Of a stretch of DNA of 64,000 nucleotides, positions 8,968 to 17,042 are shown piece after piece. The DNA is taken from contig JACPOV010000008.1 of NCBI GenBank assembly GCA_016191325.1, forward strand, positions 578,900 through 642,899, read 5' to 3'. How positions within the stretch are numbered: the first letter of the stretch is position 1; every line of letters begins with the position of its first letter. This stretch comes from Candidatus Babelota bacterium. Its GTDB lineage: Bacteria > Babelota > Babeliae > Babelales > JACPOV01. Position numbers and translations under genes: made by a program. The notes under the pieces were generated by a model. It made no database searches, was not told the origin of the DNA, and saw only the letters and a list, made by a program, of their open reading frames with translations.

Positions 8968-10695
8968 TTGCAAAAAGGTAACGGTATGTCTTCAAACAAA
9001 AATCTTTCAGTTCTTCGTCATTCAGCAGCCCATCTTCTTGCTCAAGCTGTTACCGAACTTTATCCAGAAACGCTGCTTACGATCGGCCCGGCAACGGCTG
9101 AAGGTTTTTTCTACGATTTTTTGCCAACGCGAAATTTTAAAGAAGAAGATTTGCCGCTTCTTGAAGCGCGCATGCACGAACTATCAAAGCGCAATCTTAC
9201 CATTACCCATAAAGAAATCAGTAAAGATGAAGCGCGAAAAATTTTTAAAAATAATAAGTTTAAACTTCAATTAATTGATGAAATCCCAGCTCAAACGGTC
9301 GGGCTTTCGCAACAAGGCGATTTTTACGATCTGTGCCGCGGCGGCCACGTTGCATCAACTGGCGATATTAAGCATTTTAAACTGCTCAACATTTCTGGTG
9401 CTTATTGGAAAGCGGATAAAAATAATCAAGCGCTTCAGCGCATTACGGGCACCGCTTTTTATACACAAGAAGAGCTCGATGCTTTTTTACGTAAAAAGGA
9501 AGAGCTCGCTCAGTTTGATCATCGCAAACTCGGCAAACAAATGAATCTCTTTTCATTTCACGATGAGGGAGTTGGATTCCCCTTCTTTCATCCCGATGGC
9601 AAATTAATAATCAATTTGCTCATTGATTATTTGCGTGATTTGCAAACCAAGCACGGCTATAAAGAGATCGCGACGCCCATTATGCTCAGCGATGAATTGT
9701 GGAAACGTTCGGGCCACTATGCACATTACAAAGATAATATGTATTTCTGCACCATAGACGATAAAGAATATGCAATTCGGCCTATGAATTGCCCAGGCTC
9801 CTATTTGGTGTATAAAGAACGCCCGCATTCCTATAGAGAACTGCCCCTTAAGCTAGCAGAATTCGGACTTGTGCATCGCCATGAACTTTCAGGCGTGCTT
9901 CATGGATTAATGCGCGTGCGTGCATTCACGCAAGATGATACGCATGCTTATTGCACTATAGAGCAACTAGAAGAACAGCTGCTTGAGATGATTAATCTGA
10001 CCAAAACGGTTTATAATCGTTTCAATTTCAAAAATATCAAAGTTGCGCTTTCCACGCGCCCTAAAGATGCGATGGGTTCTCCAGAAGTATGGGATAAAGC
10101 TATCAATGCACTTAAGAACGCGCTCAACAAAGCGCAGATGAAGTTTGTGATCCAAGAAGGCGAAGGCGCATTCTACGGCCCGAAAATTGAGTTCAAGATT
10201 CAGGATTCAATGGAGCGAGAATGGCAATGCGGCACTATTCAAGTAGATTTCTTTGCAGCTGAAAATTTTGATTTAAGCTATGTAACTCCGGCTGGCACTA
10301 AAGAACGGCCGGTTGTTATTCATAGAGCTATTTATGGCTCCCTGGAGCGGTTTTTTGCCATTCTTCTTGAGCATTTTAAGGGACATTTGCCTTTCTGGCT
10401 TGCGCCGGTACAGGTTAAAATCCTTACAATTACCGATGATCAGAAAGAATATGCACAAAAACTCTTGCAATTTTTGAATAATGCTGGGATTCGAAGCGAA
10501 CTAGATCACACCTCAGATCCGATTTCTGGAAAAATTAAAACTGCCCAAATAGAAAAAATTCCTTGGATGCTCGTAATTGGTAAAAAAGAAGTTGAAATGC
10601 AAACCGTTACGCTTCGGCATGCAAACGGCACGCAAGAACCAAATCTCCAATTTGACGAGCTGGTAGCCAAAACGAAAGAATTGGCGGCATCCTAA
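8968..10695 (+). CDS. thrS: threonyl-tRNA synthetase (short form, no N-terminal TGS domain)
   Basis: Starts directly at the editing-domain motif LRHSAAHLLAQAV. Class II motifs HRHELSGVLHGLMRVRAFTQDDTH and GEGAFYGPKIEF are present, followed by an anticodon-binding C-terminus. The start could be ATG 8986. Confidence 0.95.
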   Translation: MQKGNGMSSNKNLSVLRHSAAHLLAQAVTELYPETLLTIGPATAEGFFYDFLPTRNFKEEDLPLLEARMHELSKRNLTITHKEISKDEARKIFKNNKFKLQLIDEIPAQTVGLSQQGDFYDLCRGGHVASTGDIKHFKLLNISGAYWKADKNNQALQRITGTAFYTQEELDAFLRKKEELAQFDHRKLGKQMNLFSFHDEGVGFPFFHPDGKLIINLLIDYLRDLQTKHGYKEIATPIMLSDELWKRSGHYAHYKDNMYFCTIDDKEYAIRPMNCPGSYLVYKERPHSYRELPLKLAEFGLVHRHELSGVLHGLMRVRAFTQDDTHAYCTIEQLEEQLLEMINLTKTVYNRFNFKNIKVALSTRPKDAMGSPEVWDKAINALKNALNKAQMKFVIQEGEGAFYGPKIEFKIQDSMEREWQCGTIQVDFFAAENFDLSYVTPAGTKERPVVIHRAIYGSLERFFAILLEHFKGHLPFWLAPVQVKILTITDDQKEYAQKLLQFLNNAGIRSELDHTSDPISGKIKTAQIEKIPWMLVIGKKEVEMQTVTLRHANGTQEPNLQFDELVAKTKELAAS

Positions 10696-10775
10696 AAAGA
10701 ACAATTATTTAATATATTATCGAACAATTTGATGTGCATTTATTTAAAATAATCAATTTTAATAGGCGCAAACTG

Positions 10776-10805
10776 TTGACTTTAATTTATCTCAAATTGT
10801 AACAT
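10776..10805 (+). promoter_or_regulatory. candidate promoter of the small basic protein gene
   Basis: TTGACT (10776-10781), an 18-nt spacer, then TAACAT (10800-10805), about 55 nt upstream of ATG 10862. Confidence 0.3.
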
Positions 10806-10861
10806 CAAAAGTGAAGATGATAAGTATTATTTAATCGTTCTTCTAAAAAAAGGAGTTGCCC

Positions 10862-10972
10862 ATGGCAATGAAGAAAAAAAGAACTGTGAAGAAAACGACA
10901 GCTCGTCGTAAAGTAGCTAAAAAAGCTACCACGAAAAGAAAAGCAGCTAAAAAGGCCGCTAAAAGAAAATAA
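10862..10972 (+). CDS. 36-aa Lys/Ala-rich basic protein (histone H1-like tail composition)
   Basis: Not in the ORF track. An AAGGAG-like RBS (aaaaaggagttgccc) precedes the ATG. Translation is MAMKKKRTVKKTTARRKVAKKATTKRKAAKKAAKRK, followed by a strong intrinsic terminator. Confidence 0.6.
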   Translation: MAMKKKRTVKKTTARRKVAKKATTKRKAAKKAAKRK

Positions 10973-10992
10973 GCTTCGCTTATTTGATAAAT

Positions 10993-11038
10993 AAAAGCGC
11001 TAAAAACCTTCTGGTTTGCAGCGCTTTTATTTTTTTTT
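10993..11038 (+). terminator. intrinsic terminator
   Basis: Long hairpin aaaagcgct...aaacc ttct ggttt...agcgctttt followed by a T-run (11025-11038). Confidence 0.7.
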
Positions 11039-11039
11039 G

Positions 11040-11079
11040 CCCCAAAACGGCACTTCGGCCTTGGTTTGGGGTCCCGGAC
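11040..11079. repeat. family B GC-rich hairpin repeat (copy B1)
   Basis: ccccaaaacggcacttcggccttggtttggggtcccgg shares the ccccaN(20-27)tgggg(a/t)ccc frame with 23553-23590, 36221-36260 and 48504-48535. Confidence 0.55.
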
Positions 11080-11113
11080 AAAAAATATATATAATCAATT
11101 AAACGACTTATTA

Positions 11114-11282
11114 GCCCGCACCCTTCGATACAATTTCTCGCTTTGCTCTAAATCACTCAGGGCGAGCGGAGGGTTAATTTTGGGTAAAGTGACTTTTTTC
11201 AATCCGCTCGTGGTGAGTGTTTTGCGTAACTCAATTGAGCAAAATGTATCGAACCATGGCGGACAAGTCGAGGGATGCGCGG
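11114..11282. repeat. long palindromic MITE-like element (family C, copy 1)
   Basis: The left arm gcccgcacccttcgatacaattt...aaatcactcagggcgagcgg and right arm ccgctcgtggtgagtgtttt...aaaatgtatcgaa..cgagggatgcgcgg are inverted repeats. Both arms match the arms of the element at 23301-23537. Confidence 0.65.
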
Positions 11283-11290
11283 TAAAAAGA

Positions 11291-11881
11291 TTAGCGGCTT
11301 TTTGTAACGCCAACACGCTTACAAACTGGCCGTAAAGGACATTTTGAACAAAATGGGGAAATTGGCACGCAAATTTGCTGGCCCCAAACGACGAGCCATT
11401 GATTAAGGCGGATCCAGTAATCCTTGGGAATAATCTTTTTGAGTTCAGTTTCGGTTTGTTCCGGAGTTTGTGTTTCCACTAAACCAAGCCGATTAGCGAC
11501 GCGATGAACGTGGGTATCCACGCATATTGCAGGAATCCCAAATCCTTCGCCTAAGACAAGATTTGCTGTCTTACGGCCGACGCCCTTAATACTTAAAAGA
11601 TCTTCCTCTATACCAGGGACTTTGCCACCAAAACGATCAAGCAGATCTTTGCTGACGCTGTGCATTAAAAGTGCTTTGCGATGATAAAAGCCAACAGGAT
11701 AGATAAGTTTTTCTATTGTTAAGATAGGAAGTTTAAGAAGTTGCTCGGGGGTGCGAGCGTATTCAAAGAGGCGCATTGAAGCGGGAAACGTCACCGTATC
11801 CTTGGTCCGTAAACTAAGTAAGCAACTGATAAGTACTAGAAACGGATCCCGCCCTAATTGCTCGCTGATGGAAAATACCAT
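11291..11881 (-). CDS. nth: endonuclease III
   Basis: HhH-GPD motif LLSIKGVGRKTANLVL, catalytic region CVDTHVHRVANRLG and an Fe-S cluster C-x6-C-x2-C-x5-C (CVPISPFCSKCPLRPVC). N-terminal homology appears to continue upstream of the first ATG (see findings). Confidence 0.9.
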   Translation of the reverse strand: MVFSISEQLGRDPFLVLISCLLSLRTKDTVTFPASMRLFEYARTPEQLLKLPILTIEKLIYPVGFYHRKALLMHSVSKDLLDRFGGKVPGIEEDLLSIKGVGRKTANLVLGEGFGIPAICVDTHVHRVANRLGLVETQTPEQTETELKKIIPKDYWIRLNQWLVVWGQQICVPISPFCSKCPLRPVCKRVGVTKSR

Positions 11882-12210
11882 CGGATTGCCAAGATGCTCA
11901 GCATTTTTTTCGAGAATCGAAATAATCTGCTTAACGAACTCTTTTTTTGAAACCGATAGCGAAGAAATGGCTTTACCCCTAAAAACTAAGCATGGTTGCG
12001 CAATCTGCGCTTCCTGCTAGAATGAAAGAATATAAATCCACTATTAGCTTACTGGCGGAATTTCAGATAACAAAATCACGACTGCAAAAAGAATTCCGGT
12101 TAATTTATAGAATGAAGATAGCATACAAAAAGCCCCTTAATATAAATGATTAAAACACATTTTTTTAGACGAAATCATTATAGCTACTGCACTTCCTAAT
12201 AGCAAGAAAC

Positions 12211-14922
12211 ATGATGAATATTGTTTTATTTTTATACCAAATTATTAGCAGTAATCCATTTTTATTAGCTGTTGCAATTACTGCATTAATTTGTAAAACA
12301 TTTCTGTTCGCGATGACCATCACGCATGGCATTAGGGCCTCCAAAATTCAGCGTCCTTGGTTCTTTTTAGTTCCAGTATTAATTGGAGCAATGTTCTCTG
12401 ATATAGCATGGATAACTTCGACGTCATATCGACTTTTTTTCTCTAATCTTGATTATCGCCCTTTTTTATTCATTATTAGACTCGCATGGGCTTTAACAAT
12501 TATTCAATACCAATCTTTATGTTTTTTTCTTGAAAGCTTAACAGAGAAAGATCGTCGCCTTCGTTTGCATCAAAAAATATTCATGGCAGTCAGTACGATT
12601 TTTGCACTCTCATTTGTGTATCTTGCAATCTTTGAATTCAATAACCCTACAAATCGTCCTCCAATTGAATTTCAATTATTAACCATCAATTCCGTTTATA
12701 TTTTCTTCCTAATTATTCCAAGCATCTTGGTTGTCCTGAGACACCTAAGAAATCCTCACATGCCAAAAATTTTAAAAAAGCAGATTAAGATTCTAATTCA
12801 GATGATAATTGCACCGCAATTATTATTTGATTTTATTCAGATATTTCCATTTTCTTTTTCGCAGACCTATATTGCAAGTAATTATGCAGTGGTAAGCATT
12901 TCTACAATTTTATTAACGATGGCTTTTTACTTTTCGGCCAAAAAAATTATTGGTTTACGATTTTTAAACTTCCAGGAACATGTACAAACTGCGCCGCATT
13001 TTAACTTTATTGATGATTTCAAAAACGTGCTTGAGCAGCTCAGTTTTGCAACAACAAAACAAGAACTCGCGCATATCACGGTGAATTTCTTTAAAGGTGC
13101 TTTTTATTTGCCTGCAAATAGAATATCGCTTCATTTACGCCGTCTACCCAATGCAGAAATGACCAAAGATGAATATGGCACGCTCGAATGGCGTGAATCG
13201 ATTGTAGAGAACTTTGTCTGCAATCACGATGAAGCGACGTGCGACATTGCACTTTATTTACAGAAAGCAAAAATATTAATCGCTGACGAGATTGCATTTA
13301 GCAATTTTTATGAAGATAGCTCTGTTGGCAGTTCCGTGTCTCGATTCATGGATGAAATAGACGCAGATATTTTCCTGCCGATTTATCAAAAAGATCTTAT
13401 TATCGCCTATATTCTCGTTGAGCGAAACGCGCGCACGAGTGAATTTTATAATCGGATCGAACGCGATGAGATGGTGGTCTTTGCAAGCTACTTAAGCAAT
13501 ATTATTCACTTATTGCAAAACCGAAACCTTGATGCGCTTATGGAACGTGAAAAAGAAATACAAGAAGAACTTTATAGAAAACACCAGGAAATTAATCAGT
13601 ACAAAGAAAGTATTCAATCATTTCTGCGTTCAGCTCAGCAACGCAAAATTGGTATTATCTTTTATAAAAATAGACGGTTTATATTCGGCAATCAGGCCGC
13701 AAAAGAACTTGTGAGCATTAACCCAAATTCTCTAGAAGGCCATCCGCTCAGCAAGGCGCTTAAAACTATTGCACATCAAGTGCAAGATTATCGCAGTGGT
13801 CAAACCGCATTTGCAAACGATACCAATGGTAATAAAATCGTGCTTTCCGGCATTCCTCATTTGGAAGAGAATGCGGTTATTATCACCGTTTATTATCCAG
13901 AGATTGGGGATCTGCTCAAACCGCAACTTGAGCAAATTAAGGATCCAAGCGAGTGGGACTATTTACTGTATCTTGAAACAACGCAATCTGGAAAATTAAT
14001 TAATCAGCTCATTCCGAGTAACAGCCCTCGATTATTACAATATAAAATAGAACTTTTAAAAGTGGCGCTTAGCAAAAAAGCGCTCTTACTGGACATGGCT
14101 GAGCAAGATGCGATCGCAACTGGAGAAATTATTCATCATATTAGTTTGCGCGAAACGCTTCATATTTTAAAATTGCACTCCCCTGAGAAAAATAGTGAAA
14201 CTGCCCACAAGATTTTTGGATTAAACCCACTTTTTGGCGGCTCGAATGAACCGGCACTCCTTGAAAAGTTAAACGAAACCGGAACCCTTATTATTCAAAA
14301 TGTCCATCTGCTGGAACTCGAAACGCAAAACCATTTAGCAGAGTTTATGAAATATGGTTTTTATCGCCGCTTCAAAAGTGAGCAAAAATTATCAAGCACC
14401 GCGCGCATTATTTGCACAACGCAACTTGATATGATGCCGCTGGTACAATCAGGCAAATTCAGCGCCGAACTCTATAGCGAATTAAAGCAAGCAACACTCA
14501 CCCTTCCTTCATTGCTCACCCTATCTGAGCATGAGCTTGCAGAACTCGCGCACGGATTTAGTGAACAGGCAATTAAAACACAGCCATTTAAAAATTTACT
14601 TGAACTGACCGATCAAGAAACGAACCGCATTATTTATAATCGCCCGGTCAGTTTGCATGAGTTTAAGGCCAAGATTGAGCAGTTCTTAGTAAACAAATCT
14701 AAAAAATCGCACATTTATCACGAAACGCAATTCGATCCTGCGTATAATGTTACCGATCCAGAATTGATCCAAGCGGCTCGCCTTGGTAAAAAAGCGCTCA
14801 AAGATCCGCGCATGATGTCTCTTCTATGGAACAAATTTGGTAATCAAAACCAAATTGCAACGTTCCTTGGCGTCAACCGCTCATCGGTGAACAGACGCTG
14901 TAAAGAATACAACTTAGAGTAA
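12211..14922 (+). CDS. membrane-anchored NtrC/bEBP-like regulator with degenerate AAA+ domain and Fis-type HTH
   Basis: About 250 aa of multi-TM N-terminus are followed by a central sensor-like region. The sigma54-activator-like block is GTLIIQNVHLLELETQNHLAEFM...ARIICTTQLDM...GKFSAELYSELK..TLTLPSL, and the C-terminal HTH is NQIATFLGVNRSSVNRRCKEYNL. Confidence 0.6.
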   Translation: MMNIVLFLYQIISSNPFLLAVAITALICKTFLFAMTITHGIRASKIQRPWFFLVPVLIGAMFSDIAWITSTSYRLFFSNLDYRPFLFIIRLAWALTIIQYQSLCFFLESLTEKDRRLRLHQKIFMAVSTIFALSFVYLAIFEFNNPTNRPPIEFQLLTINSVYIFFLIIPSILVVLRHLRNPHMPKILKKQIKILIQMIIAPQLLFDFIQIFPFSFSQTYIASNYAVVSISTILLTMAFYFSAKKIIGLRFLNFQEHVQTAPHFNFIDDFKNVLEQLSFATTKQELAHITVNFFKGAFYLPANRISLHLRRLPNAEMTKDEYGTLEWRESIVENFVCNHDEATCDIALYLQKAKILIADEIAFSNFYEDSSVGSSVSRFMDEIDADIFLPIYQKDLIIAYILVERNARTSEFYNRIERDEMVVFASYLSNIIHLLQNRNLDALMEREKEIQEELYRKHQEINQYKESIQSFLRSAQQRKIGIIFYKNRRFIFGNQAAKELVSINPNSLEGHPLSKALKTIAHQVQDYRSGQTAFANDTNGNKIVLSGIPHLEENAVIITVYYPEIGDLLKPQLEQIKDPSEWDYLLYLETTQSGKLINQLIPSNSPRLLQYKIELLKVALSKKALLLDMAEQDAIATGEIIHHISLRETLHILKLHSPEKNSETAHKIFGLNPLFGGSNEPALLEKLNETGTLIIQNVHLLELETQNHLAEFMKYGFYRRFKSEQKLSSTARIICTTQLDMMPLVQSGKFSAELYSELKQATLTLPSLLTLSEHELAELAHGFSEQAIKTQPFKNLLELTDQETNRIIYNRPVSLHEFKAKIEQFLVNKSKKSHIYHETQFDPAYNVTDPELIQAARLGKKALKDPRMMSLLWNKFGNQNQIATFLGVNRSSVNRRCKEYNLE

Positions 14923-14936
14923 ATCCAATTTAAAAA

Positions 14937-14985
14937 GGCTTGCCCGGCATAGCATAAGCAAAGCGAATGCGACGACGGGTGTAAA
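14937..14985. repeat. partial family A-like GC-rich repeat
   Basis: ggcttgcccggcatagcataagcaaagcgaatgcgacgacggg resembles gtgcccggcatagcttgccaagccggacg at 53-85. It lies between convergent genes. Confidence 0.35.
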
Positions 14986-15037
14986 GATATAATTTAGAGT
15001 AACTTTGACGATTATTGTTCACCCTTGGTTTTGGTCT

Positions 15038-16702
15038 CTACAGTCCAATAAGCGAAACTACCTTTTTGATCAATTCCTGTATCCCTGGATCAAAGCTAAG
15101 GAAAACATCAATTGCCTCTTTACTCTTTGTTATATTAACCTGTTCCCCTTTGTGTTGCGCAATAAACGCCAAAAATGCTGCTTGAGGCAAAGTAATTTTT
15201 AGTGCAAGATCCTGTAATAAAAATAATGGTTTAAGATCGTAGAAATAAACTACTTTGCTATCCGGTAGATCGATTGATGCAAGAACAAGAGTCTCCCCTT
15301 TTGCATCAATGGCACCTACTTGAACACGATCCTTGAGTGGAAGTGAAGTAACAAGCTTACCTGTTGTTAAATCGTTTAACGAGATGCTGCCCGAAATTCT
15401 ACGAAAACCACCCTCTTGCGATAAAGCAACGACGAATTTATTTAACGGATCGAAGACGATTTGAGAAACTTCTCCAGATATGAAAAATGGGGCTTTATAG
15501 CTTTTATCAGCTTCCATGTCATAAATCGTAATGCTATTTTGATCTTTTTTTGTATCGATAATGGTAGCAAACTGTCCGTTATTACTTAATCTAACATTGC
15601 CTATTTCTTTTTTGGCAAGAAGCATTTTTTCAATTTTTTCGCCGGTTTTAAGATTAACTTGAATAATTTCCCCGACCGCATTAGCAATGCTTAAATATTT
15701 ATCATCATCAGAAAATGCCAGCGTTGAAAGAACACTGCCATTCGTTTTTAGCGAAACAGATATTGTTTCAGTTTTGGCAGTTGCGATCTCAAAAAGTATA
15801 ATCTCGTATCCCTTTTCATCATCAATGTTGCCGCCTACAGCAATTTTTTTATTATCATGAGAAAAACAAAGTCCCGTTGGATTAAATGACAAAGATTTTT
15901 CTGCGGTGAGCCCCGTCGGCTTCTTTAGTGACCATAATTCCAGTTTTTTATTTATTGTTCCCACAGCAAACCATAATCCGTCAGTGCTCAAAGCATATGA
16001 TATAATCCGGTTTCCTATTTTAATATCGACCCCATTTTTTGGGTCTTGAATAGTTTGAAAGCGGACTTTACCTAATGCTGACCCTTTATTAATCAAAACG
16101 ACACTTTTTCCTGACGCGCTGAAAGCAATCGTGTCAAAATCAGCTTGAACTTGTTGAGACGATATTCGCCCGCCAGACAACGAACTCTGTATAGCCTCTT
16201 GCTTAATAAGCGCCGCTGCTATTCGTTCTTGTACTGTTTGTGGCAACACAAAAGATTTAACTGCCAGCGGATCAGTTTTTGCACGCTCCGTGATTCGTTT
16301 AAGCGCTTCCTGAATCAACGCTTCATCAAGTTTATCTATCCCCAGAAAATCTACCACTGCAATGAGTTGCTCTATTTCTGCCGTTGACTGCGTCGAAAGA
16401 AACTTCCTTAGCGCTGCCGAATTAGTTAAATATGGCAGAGCTTTAACCAATAAAGCAATTTGATATTTCGGTAATTTAGCCATGTTAAAAGAAGAAATAG
16501 TGTCAAGATTAAGCTTTTCAAATTCGACGATCTTATTCAATGCCTCTGAGTTGCGCATAATACTTTTAAAACTATCGCGAGCAATAGCAATCGGCCCATT
16601 TGCAGTGTTGATGGTAACTTTATCGCTTGATGATGGCGGTAATTCCATAGAAACCGCTTGTATAACTATCATGAGCGCACAAATAATACTTAATCTTTTC
16701 AT
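15038..16702 (-). CDS. exported Skp1/BTB(POZ)-fold plus beta-propeller repeat protein
   Basis: Signal-like MKRLSIICALMIVIQAVS. The N-terminal domain ends IEQLIAVVDFLGIDKLDEALIQEALKRI (BTB/Skp1 helix pattern), and WD40/PD40-like repeats follow (e.g. LAFSDDDKYLSIANAVGEIIQVNL). It is a paralog of 27286-29013. Confidence 0.6.
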   Translation of the reverse strand: MKRLSIICALMIVIQAVSMELPPSSSDKVTINTANGPIAIARDSFKSIMRNSEALNKIVEFEKLNLDTISSFNMAKLPKYQIALLVKALPYLTNSAALRKFLSTQSTAEIEQLIAVVDFLGIDKLDEALIQEALKRITERAKTDPLAVKSFVLPQTVQERIAAALIKQEAIQSSLSGGRISSQQVQADFDTIAFSASGKSVVLINKGSALGKVRFQTIQDPKNGVDIKIGNRIISYALSTDGLWFAVGTINKKLELWSLKKPTGLTAEKSLSFNPTGLCFSHDNKKIAVGGNIDDEKGYEIILFEIATAKTETISVSLKTNGSVLSTLAFSDDDKYLSIANAVGEIIQVNLKTGEKIEKMLLAKKEIGNVRLSNNGQFATIIDTKKDQNSITIYDMEADKSYKAPFFISGEVSQIVFDPLNKFVVALSQEGGFRRISGSISLNDLTTGKLVTSLPLKDRVQVGAIDAKGETLVLASIDLPDSKVVYFYDLKPLFLLQDLALKITLPQAAFLAFIAQHKGEQVNITKSKEAIDVFLSFDPGIQELIKKVVSLIGL

Positions 16703-16764
16703 AATATCCCTCGTTTATTTTTTTATTAATAATAGCAATCAGGGTCAAAGAAAAACAAGTTATA

Positions 16765-17028
16765 TCAACACCATGAAAGAGGAATGAGCATACTCGCAAA
16801 AACGAGATTTATAATGAGTGCATAAAGAAAAGAAAGCGATTCTGGAACCTGCCGCCACACACGCCGCAAAGCAAATCCCAAAAGAACAAAAAAAGCTCCA
16901 AGATGCGCATTATAATAGGTTAATGAATCTGTTTGAGGGTTAAAGAAAAGAGTAAACACCAAGAAATTAATCGCCAGAAAGAGGGAACAGTCCCTTAAAA
17001 GATGCCACAAACGCCATCCACTTGCCAT
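16765..17028 (-). CDS. hypothetical small membrane protein
   Basis: 87-aa ORF with three hydrophobic stretches. No family recognised, and coding status is uncertain. Confidence 0.3.
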   Translation of the reverse strand: MASGWRLWHLLRDCSLFLAINFLVFTLFFNPQTDSLTYYNAHLGAFFVLLGFALRRVWRQVPESLSFLYALIINLVFASMLIPLSWC

Positions 17029-17042
17029 TGTTATCCTTGTCG

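Noticed and set aside
11066-11335. Overlapping ORFs on both strands (89 aa plus, 73 aa minus) downstream of nth
   Set aside because: They span the palindromic family C element, and the mirror-image ORFs are a by-product of the inverted repeat. There are no coding signals.
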